A stretch of 32,000 nt of DNA from positions 1,187,806 to 1,219,805 of the forward strand of contig CCMO02000002.1 of NCBI GenBank assembly GCA_000751295.2, written 5' to 3'. The position numbers were made by a program, and so were the translations under genes. A model generated the notes under the pieces. That model had not been told where the DNA came from. It saw only the letters and a program-made list of their open reading frames with translations, and searched no databases. This document shows, one piece after another, positions 1 to 6,750 of the stretch (positions are counted from its first letter, which is position 1; the number at the start of each line of letters is the position of its first letter). The stretch comes from a bacterium YEK0313 (lineage in GTDB: Bacteria; Pseudomonadota; Alphaproteobacteria; Rhizobiales; Phreatobacteraceae).

Positions 1-170
1 AGTTCCCGGGCATGGCGGATGAACGTCAGCCGCCGAATATCCTCTGCTCCATAGAGGCGTCGTCCACTGTCGGTCCGGGGCGCCGGGGGTATCAGCCTGA
101 TCCGTTCATAATAGCGGATCGTCTCGATATTGACGCCCGTGCGTTTGGACAAGGTTCCGATAGTGATCAT
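1..170 (-). CDS. MerR-family (CadR/PbrR/ZntR-like) metal-responsive transcriptional regulator, N-terminal part only (continues beyond window start)
   Basis: Reverse complement of 1-170 starts with ATG (168-170) and reads MITIGTLSKRTGVNIETIRYYERIRLIPPAPRTDSGRRLYGAEDIRRLTFIRHAREL. This is the canonical MerR winged-HTH N-terminus (ETIRYYE, RxY, RLxFI). It is absent from the ORF track because the window edge truncates it. It is divergent from the MerR-type promoter at 178-208. Confidence 0.85.
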   Translation of the reverse strand, partial: MITIGTLSKRTGVNIETIRYYERIRLIPPAPRTDSGRRLYGAEDIRRLTFIRHARE

Positions 171-177
171 CGCGGGG

Positions 178-208
178 TTGATTCTGTAGTGGCTACAGCA
201 TGTAGGTA
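178..208 (+). promoter_or_regulatory. MerR-type metal-responsive promoter/operator between the MerR gene and the ANL-enzyme operon
   Basis: TTGATT (178-183), a 19-bp spacer, then TAGGTA (203-208). The spacer holds a perfect dyad, CTGTAG-TGG-CTACAG (184-198). An over-long spacer carrying a dyad is the MerR-family hallmark. A near-identical copy lies at 6683-6713. Confidence 0.7.
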
Positions 209-228
209 TAGCGACTCGCTGGAGGTGT

Positions 229-1425
229 GTGAACCCGAGAACGATTATGACCGAGCATGTCGTAGGCCTGATCTGGGACGCCTGGCGAGCTAAGCGTCAG
301 GGGCGCGAGGCGCTCGCGGCTTGCCAGACGAGCCGCCTCGTCGACATGGTGGCCTATGCGCGGGCTCGCTCGCCCTTCTATGGTGAGCGCTATCACGATC
401 TCCCGGACCGCATTGAGGACCCGCGCCAATTGCCGGTTACCGACAAGAAGCTGCTCATGGAGCGCTTCGACGAATGGTGCACCGATCGCGCCGTCACGCT
501 CCAGGCTGCAGAAGCGCTCGTCGACGATCCCAGCCGGATCGGAGAGTGGTTCCTCGGAAAATATACCGTGATGACCACCTCCGGCACGACCGGCCGCCGC
601 GGCATCTTCGTGGTCGACGATCGCACGATGGCGGTCGTGACTGCAATGATGCTCCGCTGGGTTGGTGACTGGCTCAGTCCCAGTGACTATCTCAAGATCG
701 TCGCCCGCCGTGGGCGGATGGCGATGGTGATGGCGACCGGCGGCCATTTCGCGTCGGCTGTTGCCGCGGCGCGTCTGAAGAAGCGGCGCGGAAAACACGT
801 CGAGGTGCTTTCGGCGCACATGCCGATGACAGAGCTTGTGGCTCGCCTGAACCGTTTCCAGCCGGCGATACTTGCCCCTTATGCCAGCATGGCCGCTCTG
901 CTCGCCGACGAGCAGGAGGCCGGCCGGCTCGACATCCATTACCGCCCGGTCGCTCCAGGCGAGCAGTCGCACACGGTGCTGATCAGCAATCTCGCCAATC
1001 GTGTGCAGCCGATCCTGCGATACGATCTTGGCGACAGCGTGCTGCAGCGGCCCGATCCATGCCCCTGCTGCAATCCGTTGCCCGCGATCCGCGTCCAGGG
1101 CCGTTCCGCAGACGTCCTCACTTTTCGCGCTTCGACGGGCGAGGTCAGGCTTCCTCCGCTGGCGCTCACCCAGCGCATCGAGGCCGTTCGGGGCATCACG
1201 CTCTTTCAACTCGCGCAGACGGCGCCCGCGGCACTTGAGATGCATCTGCAACTCGCGCCGACGGCTAATGCAGAAACCGTCTGGCGCGAGGCCGAAGCAG
1301 GTTTGCGGAAGGTGCTTGCCGAGCACGGACTTGAACACGTCGTCGTTGAGCGCGGCGATCACCCTGGCGGCGCGGTCCTCGGCGGGAAGTTCCGAGAGGT
1401 CATTCCCCTGTCGACATCAGGCTGA
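229..1425 (+). CDS. PaaK (phenylacetate-CoA ligase) / coenzyme F390 synthetase-like adenylate-forming enzyme, short paralog missing the central core segment
   Basis: 398-aa ORF. It shares with the downstream paralog the P-loop-like MTTSGTTGRRGIF, PVTDKK, NLANRVQPILRYDLGD, CPCCNPLPAIRVQGRSADVL and C-terminal GGKFREVIPL. The track start at 229 is a GTG only 3 nt after GGAGG (221-225); ATG 247 is an alternative start. Confidence 0.75.
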   Translation: MNPRTIMTEHVVGLIWDAWRAKRQGREALAACQTSRLVDMVAYARARSPFYGERYHDLPDRIEDPRQLPVTDKKLLMERFDEWCTDRAVTLQAAEALVDDPSRIGEWFLGKYTVMTTSGTTGRRGIFVVDDRTMAVVTAMMLRWVGDWLSPSDYLKIVARRGRMAMVMATGGHFASAVAAARLKKRRGKHVEVLSAHMPMTELVARLNRFQPAILAPYASMAALLADEQEAGRLDIHYRPVAPGEQSHTVLISNLANRVQPILRYDLGDSVLQRPDPCPCCNPLPAIRVQGRSADVLTFRASTGEVRLPPLALTQRIEAVRGITLFQLAQTAPAALEMHLQLAPTANAETVWREAEAGLRKVLAEHGLEHVVVERGDHPGGAVLGGKFREVIPLSTSG

Positions 1426-1579
1426 ACAGGTCCGGCCGAACGCGAAAGAAGGTGGCGTGCGCTTCGGCGAGAAACAGCATCGGATCATTCTGTGGAGCGT
1501 GGCCGCCACCGCGGTTGCCATTGCCGTGGCCGGCGCAGGTCTTGGACGCGGTCTGGCCCGGGAAAGAAGGAGAAGGCTC

Positions 1580-2947
1580 GTGAGCCAGCGTCCCCTGTGG
1601 CTATCTGCTTCCCGAAATCCGGAGAAAGTGAAGGAGAGGCTTGCCGAGATCGTGGCCTTTGCCCGGGCCAACTCTCCCTACTACCGCGATCTGTACAAGA
1701 ATCTGCCCGCGAGGGTCGAGGACTCCCGCCTGCTGCCCGTCACCGACAAGAAGACGCTCATGGCGAACTTCGATCGTTGGGTGACGGATCGCGAGGTCAC
1801 GATTGAGCGCGTGCGTAAGTTTATCGAAGATCCGAGCCTCGTCGGCGAAATGCTCCTCGGGAAATATCTGGTCGCCACGACCGCCGGCACGACGGGCAAA
1901 CCGGGCATCTTCATATTGGATGACAATCACATGCGAGGCGGGACATCCGGCCTCCGAGAAGCGTTCAGAACCTGGCTGTCGCTCGGGGACGTTGTACGGA
2001 TTGTTCTGCGCGGAGCGCGATTTGCGGCCCTGCACGCCACCGGCGGTCATTTCGTTTCGGTTACGGGTTTCACTCGGGCGCGGCGCTCCAGCCGGGTTTT
2101 GGCGAAACTCACTCGCGATTTCTCGGTGCACGCGCCGATAAGGGAACTCGTCAACGGCCTCAATGAGTTCCGTCCAGCCGTTGTCCTTGGCTACGCCTCT
2201 ACCGCCTCTCTGCTGGCTCGCGAGCAGGAACTTGGACGGCTGCGCATCAAGCCGGTGTTGTTGGTGGTTACGGCCGAGGGCCTTGCGGAAGAAGAGTACG
2301 GGCGGATCGCCAAGGCGTTCGGCGCGAAGGTCCGCAACACATGGGGCTCAACCGAGATCGGTGGCCCGACCTACAGCTGCACCGAGGGATGGCTCCACGT
2401 CGTCGGCGACTGGATCATCCTCGAGCCGGTGGATGCCGATTTCCGCCCCGTTTCGCCGGGCGAGGAGTCGGACACGGTGCTGGTGACCAATCTCGCCAAT
2501 CGCGTGCAGCCGATCCTGCGTTACGATCTCGGCGACCGCATCCTGCAGAGGCCGGACCCTTGTCCCTGCGGCAATCCCCTGCCGGCGATCCGCGTCCAGG
2601 GTCGCTCCGCCGAGGTTCTCCGCTTTCCGACCCAAGCCGGCAAAGACGTCTCGATACCGCCGCTCGCGTTCGAGATCGACCACGTGCCGGGAGTCGATCT
2701 GTCGCAAGTCGTGCAGACTGCGCCGACCAACTTGCGCGTACGCCTGCGCCTCGAGTCTGGTGCGGATCCGGACCAAGTCTGGAGGACGGTGCACGGCGAA
2801 TTGAAGCATTTGCTCGACAGCCACGAACTCCACGAGGTGACGATCGAGCGCGCCGAGGAGCCGCCGGAACAGTCGAGGGGCGGCAAGGTCAGGCAGGTCA
2901 TTCCGCTGGCTCAAGCAGAACCGCCGGCCGATCGAAAACAAGACTGA
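1580..2947 (+). CDS. PaaK / F390 synthetase-like adenylate-forming enzyme (ANL superfamily), full-length paralog
   Basis: 455 aa from GTG 1580 (AAGGAG at 1567-1572, 7-nt spacer). Motifs: ATTAGTTGKPGIF, WGSTEIGG, CPCGNPLPAIRVQGRSAEVL, GGKVRQVIPL. In-frame GTG 1457 would add a hydrophobic N-terminal segment (ILWSVAATAVAIAVAGAGLG). The track ORF start at 1001 overlaps the upstream gene and is not credible. Confidence 0.8.
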   Translation: MSQRPLWLSASRNPEKVKERLAEIVAFARANSPYYRDLYKNLPARVEDSRLLPVTDKKTLMANFDRWVTDREVTIERVRKFIEDPSLVGEMLLGKYLVATTAGTTGKPGIFILDDNHMRGGTSGLREAFRTWLSLGDVVRIVLRGARFAALHATGGHFVSVTGFTRARRSSRVLAKLTRDFSVHAPIRELVNGLNEFRPAVVLGYASTASLLAREQELGRLRIKPVLLVVTAEGLAEEEYGRIAKAFGAKVRNTWGSTEIGGPTYSCTEGWLHVVGDWIILEPVDADFRPVSPGEESDTVLVTNLANRVQPILRYDLGDRILQRPDPCPCGNPLPAIRVQGRSAEVLRFPTQAGKDVSIPPLAFEIDHVPGVDLSQVVQTAPTNLRVRLRLESGADPDQVWRTVHGELKHLLDSHELHEVTIERAEEPPEQSRGGKVRQVIPLAQAEPPADRKQD

Positions 2948-2960
2948 AAGGAGCGTGGTC

Positions 2961-3152
2961 ATGAAGGAAGTCGCCAAGTTCCTCGCTGGATTTGCCGGAA
3001 ATCAGCTCCTGACGCATGGGGTTTTGGCGATCAGCGGCACCCGGTTCAGTGTCTTCGGGATCGATTACACCCCTAAATTGAACACGACCGCCGCGATCGT
3101 CTGGGGCGTGCTCATGCTGCTACTGATTTACTATGCCTGGGTCAGGAGATGA
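2961..3152 (+). CDS. Small (63 aa) membrane protein, no recognisable family
   Basis: ATG 2961 lies 7 nt after AGGAG (2949-2953) and 13 nt after the stop of the upstream gene. It has a C-terminal hydrophobic helix, AAIVWGVLMLLLIYYAWV. It contains no Cys and a single His, so it is not an obvious metal binder. Confidence 0.5.
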   Translation: MKEVAKFLAGFAGNQLLTHGVLAISGTRFSVFGIDYTPKLNTTAAIVWGVLMLLLIYYAWVRR

Positions 3153-3196
3153 CGAGCACGATTCAGTACACGTCCATAGAAAGCCGGACATGAAAC

Positions 3197-3823
3197 ATGC
3201 CAGGTGACGAAGAGACCGAGATACGCCTCGATGCCCGTAATGTCGACGAACGACGCACGCTGCGCTGGGTACTCGGGATTAACTTCACGCAGGTCTTGGT
3301 AGCCGGTGCCGTCGGCATCCTGGCGGATTCCACGGGCCTGCTCGGTGCCGCACTCGACAATCTGGGGGACGCCGCAGTTTATGCGGTCAGTCTCTATGCG
3401 GTCGGCCGCACGGTCATTACCAAGGCACGCGCCGCAAACCTGTCCGGCATTCTTCTGATCCTCCTTGCCTTCGGTTTGCTTGTAGAAGTCTTGCGTCGGT
3501 TTTTCGCGGGAGCCGAGCCGATCGGGCTCGCGATGATCATCACGGCGCTCGCGAACGCGGCTACCAATTTGCTCTGCCTTCGCCTTTTGCGAGCGCATCG
3601 TGCGCATGGTGTGCACTTCAAGGCGTCGTGGATTTTTACAACGAACGACATGCTGGCCAATGCGGGCATCGTCCTTTCCGGTCTCTTGGTGATGTTTCTG
3701 AAGTCTCCGGTCCCCGATCTCGTGATCGGGGTTCTGATCGTCGGAATCGTCCTCAAAGGAGGGTGGGAGATTCTCAAAGAGGCGCGTGAAGCCCGCGATT
3801 CTGCACAGGGAAACAGAGGATGA
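3197..3823 (+). CDS. Cation diffusion facilitator (CDF)-type cation efflux protein, membrane domain only
   Basis: 208 aa with six hydrophobic helices. It has a CDF-like TM2, ADSTGLLGAALDNLGDAAVY (DxxxD), and a TM5, SWIFTTNDMLANAGIV. The protein ends soon after TM6, so it has no cytoplasmic C-terminal domain. Confidence 0.8.
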   Translation: MPGDEETEIRLDARNVDERRTLRWVLGINFTQVLVAGAVGILADSTGLLGAALDNLGDAAVYAVSLYAVGRTVITKARAANLSGILLILLAFGLLVEVLRRFFAGAEPIGLAMIITALANAATNLLCLRLLRAHRAHGVHFKASWIFTTNDMLANAGIVLSGLLVMFLKSPVPDLVIGVLIVGIVLKGGWEILKEAREARDSAQGNRG

Positions 3824-3907
3824 CCAAACGTCTCCTGTGGACCCATAACCAGGCGTTTGCCTCCAGGAGGCCGGAAGATCTCGCCGAACGGGATTTGGAG
3901 AGCCGCA

Positions 3908-5155
3908 ATGCCCCGGATTCCACGTGACAGAAGTCTGGACTCGACGATCGCCCTGATGGGTGATCCCTATAGATTTATCTGGAATCGAAGTCGGCGCTAT
4001 CGATCGGACCTGTTTGAAACGCGGCTTCTGCTGCGGAAGACCATCTGTATGACGGGCCCGGAAGCGGCCCAGCTGTTCTACGATCCGAGCCGCTTCGTAC
4101 GCACCGGTGCGATGCCTAAGGCGATCCAGAAGACGTTGCTCGGCGTAGGTGGCGTGCAGGGCCTCGACGACGACGCCCACCGGCATCGCAAGCAAATGTT
4201 CATGTCGCTGATGACACCCGAGCGGATCGAGCAGCTCATCCAGCTGACCGCGGCCGAGTGGCAGATCCGAGTGCTCAAGTGGGGATCGATGGACGAGGTC
4301 GTGCTCTATTCAGAGCTCCACTTGCTTCTGACACGCGCGGCCTGTGCCTGGGCCGGTGTGCCGCTCGCGGATTCAGAGGTCGACGCGCGGACCAAGGAGA
4401 TTGCCGCGTTGTTCGACCATGCGGGTTCGGTCGGACTTAGACACCTGTGGTCGCGGTGGGCCCGAAAACGGGCTGATCGTTGGATGGCGGATATCATCGA
4501 TCAGATCCGCGGTGGCCGTATCCGGCCGCCCGAACAGTCGGCTGCCCACATCATTGCGTGGCATCGGGATCTCAATGGTGAGCTGCTCACGCCTCAGATC
4601 GCCGCTGTCGAACTGATCAATGTGATCAGGCCGACGGTTGCCGTCTCGGTTTACATGATTTTCGTCGCCCACGCATTGCACGCGCATCCCAAAATTCGAG
4701 AGAGGCTTCAGGCCGACGACGACAGCTACTCCCGCTGTTTCGTCCAGGAGGTTCGCCGGTACTATCCTTTTTTCCCGGCAGTCGCTGCGCGAACGCGGCA
4801 GGCATTCGATTGGAACGGATACCAATTCCCCGCAGGTCGACGCGTTCTCCTCGATCTATACGGCACCAACCAGGACCCCCGAACTTGGGAGAGACCGGAG
4901 GAGTTCGAGCCCGAGCGATTCCGCCGGTGGAACGAGAGCCCATTCAATTTCATCCCGCAGGGCGGCGGAGACCACTACGCTAATCATCGCTGTCCTGGCG
5001 AATGGATTGCAATCGAGCTCATGAAGCTGACTGCGGATTTCCTCACGCGCTCCATGAGCTACGAGGTGCCGCAGCAAGACCTGGGCATTGACTGGTCGCG
5101 GCTGCCCGCATTGCCGCGTAGCCGGTTCGTGATCAGCAACGTCGGGGAACGCTGA
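3908..5155 (+). CDS. CYP152-family cytochrome P450 fatty-acid peroxygenase (P450 BSbeta / SPalpha / OleT family)
   Basis: It aligns along its whole length, from memory, with P450 BSbeta: PRDRSLDST...DPYRFI, HRHRKQMFMSLMTPE, VELINVIRPTVAVS (the Arg-Pro carboxylate anchor), FVQEVRRYYPFFP, LLDLYGTNQDPRTW and the heme ligand HRCPGEW. ATG 3908 follows GGAGAG (3896-3901). The track start at 3857 adds 17 unsupported residues. Confidence 0.9.
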   Translation: MPRIPRDRSLDSTIALMGDPYRFIWNRSRRYRSDLFETRLLLRKTICMTGPEAAQLFYDPSRFVRTGAMPKAIQKTLLGVGGVQGLDDDAHRHRKQMFMSLMTPERIEQLIQLTAAEWQIRVLKWGSMDEVVLYSELHLLLTRAACAWAGVPLADSEVDARTKEIAALFDHAGSVGLRHLWSRWARKRADRWMADIIDQIRGGRIRPPEQSAAHIIAWHRDLNGELLTPQIAAVELINVIRPTVAVSVYMIFVAHALHAHPKIRERLQADDDSYSRCFVQEVRRYYPFFPAVAARTRQAFDWNGYQFPAGRRVLLDLYGTNQDPRTWERPEEFEPERFRRWNESPFNFIPQGGGDHYANHRCPGEWIAIELMKLTADFLTRSMSYEVPQQDLGIDWSRLPALPRSRFVISNVGER

Positions 5156-5229
5156 AATGTCCCTGCATATGCGCCGGCAAGCTGAAGCACCAAAGTCCTG
5201 GCAGTCAAGCGACGGCAAGGAGAACCCGA

Positions 5230-5799
5230 ATGAGTAAACCTCCGATACCGAAAGACCTGCCTGCCGAGCTGGCACGCGTCCGCCGTCAGGCTGCGCTGTC
5301 TTTCTTGTTTTGCGCGCCCGTTCTTGGGGCGGCCGTCTGGTGGCTGCCACAGCAGTTCAACTTTCCGGCAGAAGTGGGCGAGCGGCTGGCGTTCGCCGCG
5401 CGGTCGAGCCTGCTCATCATGCTTTGGGTCTTGATTGGGGTCGGAATCATTGCGAGGCTCCGGCGCAAGTCAGCGCACGACACTGCGGGCTCTGCCTACG
5501 GCCCGCCGAGCGAGCGGCTAAGAGTTCCGCTGGCGTTCCTGCAAAACACGCTTGAGCAGGCGACGCTGGCGGCCTTTGCCGTCATGGCGCTCGCCACGGT
5601 CGAGGGCGAGGCGCCGCTCGCTTTCATAGTGGGAATGGTCGTGCTGTTCGGGATCGGGCGAATCACCTTCTTTCGTGGCTATCCTCATGGTTCGCCTGGC
5701 AGGGCGTTCGGCGTGGTGACGACTGCGTTGCCGATCATGGGCGCGTTTGCCTGGGTGATCTTCGACATAGGCGAGAGGCTGATCCGCGGCGTCGCCTAG
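5230..5799 (+). CDS. MAPEG-family membrane protein (glutathione transferase / eicosanoid-metabolism-like fold)
   Basis: 189 aa with four hydrophobic helices and MAPEG-like motifs FLQNTLEQ and RITFFRGY. The RBS AAGGAG sits just upstream of ATG 5230. Confidence 0.65.
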   Translation: MSKPPIPKDLPAELARVRRQAALSFLFCAPVLGAAVWWLPQQFNFPAEVGERLAFAARSSLLIMLWVLIGVGIIARLRRKSAHDTAGSAYGPPSERLRVPLAFLQNTLEQATLAAFAVMALATVEGEAPLAFIVGMVVLFGIGRITFFRGYPHGSPGRAFGVVTTALPIMGAFAWVIFDIGERLIRGVA

Positions 5800-5816
5800 T
5801 CGCCCGGCGTCGTCCC

Positions 5817-6587
5817 ATGAGCGCTTCTCTCTACGAGCCGATCAGCATTTACAAGGCCGTCGCGGCGAACATCGGCATCGTCGATGGACCATTCGAATAT
5901 CTGACGGTCGGTGGCGCAAGGTTGCCGCTTCCGTTCACTACTCGAATGACAGTCGTGCGCCTCGCGAACGGCGACCTCTTCCTCCACTCGCCGACTAAGT
6001 TTGACGATCGTCTAGCGGCGGAGTTGCAACAGTTGGGAGCACCTCGCCATCTCGTATCGCCCAACCAGTTCCACTACGCGCACATCGGCGAGTGGCAGAA
6101 GGCGTTTCCCGACGCGATTGCATGGGCGTCCCCGCGAGTTCGTCAAAGGGCCGCAGCGCGCGGAATATCAATCAACTTTTCGAGAGACCTGGAGGCAGTT
6201 CCGCCGGGAGAATGGCGAGGGGAAATCGACCAGACGCTTTTCCCCGGCGGCTATTTCAAGGAATTCATTTTCTTCCACGAGGCGTCCAAGACGCTGATCC
6301 TCACCGATACGATCATCAACATCGAGTTGGACAAGATCGGAGAGCCCTGGCGGACGGTCACGCGGCTCACCGGTATGTACCACCCGTACGGTCAGATCTT
6401 CTTTGGCATGCGGCTTCCACTTCTCCTGCAGCGGAGAAAGAGGGACGCGGCGCTGGCCAAGATCCGCTCGTGGCAGCCGCATCGAATCATTCTCAGCCAC
6501 GGACGCTGCTTTGAGGCACATGGAGGCGAGGTTATTCGACGGATATTCGGCAGTGCAGGCGCCAGCGGATGGCGATCGAGCTCATAA
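5817..6587 (+). CDS. DUF4336 domain protein (uncharacterised, metallo-beta-lactamase-like fold)
   Basis: 256 aa. The blocks MTVVRLANGDLFLHSP, RHLVSPNQFHYAHIGEW, FPDAIAWASP and FIFFHEASKTLILTDTIINIE match my recollection of DUF4336 conserved blocks. The start is 17 nt after the MAPEG stop. Confidence 0.65.
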   Translation: MSASLYEPISIYKAVAANIGIVDGPFEYLTVGGARLPLPFTTRMTVVRLANGDLFLHSPTKFDDRLAAELQQLGAPRHLVSPNQFHYAHIGEWQKAFPDAIAWASPRVRQRAAARGISINFSRDLEAVPPGEWRGEIDQTLFPGGYFKEFIFFHEASKTLILTDTIINIELDKIGEPWRTVTRLTGMYHPYGQIFFGMRLPLLLQRRKRDAALAKIRSWQPHRIILSHGRCFEAHGGEVIRRIFGSAGASGWRSSS

Positions 6588-6682
6588 GGTCGCCGGATGT
6601 ATTACCTTGCTACTGTGACACCGGCTCTTGCAAGCCACAATTCTGGCCGCGAACAGCGCCGCTCTTCCGGCACAGGGCCCGC

Positions 6683-6713
6683 TTGATTCTGTAGCGGCTA
6701 CAGAATGTAGGAT
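6683..6713 (+). promoter_or_regulatory. Second MerR-type metal-responsive promoter/operator, upstream of the P1B ATPase
   Basis: TTGATT (6683-6688), a 19-bp spacer, then TAGGAT (6708-6713). The dyad TTCTGTAG-CGG-CTACAGAA (6687-6705) lies in the spacer. It is almost identical to the site at 178-208. Confidence 0.7.
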
Positions 6714-6750
6714 CCCTAGTCAAGCCAGCGAGAATGTTGGGCAGTCAAGC

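Noticed and set aside
193-1362. 389-aa minus-strand ORF antisense to the first ANL gene, and the nested ORFs 356-571, 393-626, 474-668 and 939-1199
   Set aside because: They have no recognisable motifs and are Arg-rich. The plus-strand frame has clear paralogy with the next gene and ANL motifs.
1001-1579. 5' extension of the second ANL ORF (the track start at 1001), which overlaps the first ANL gene by about 425 nt
   Set aside because: The extension is out of frame with, and embedded in, the well-supported upstream gene, and it is Arg/Ser-rich. A strong RBS plus GTG at 1580 (or GTG 1457) explains the gene.
6628-6750. 5' extension of the ATPase ORF
   Set aside because: It would place the MerR-type promoter/operator (6683-6713) inside the coding region. 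The first plausible starts are the ATGs at 6751-6796.
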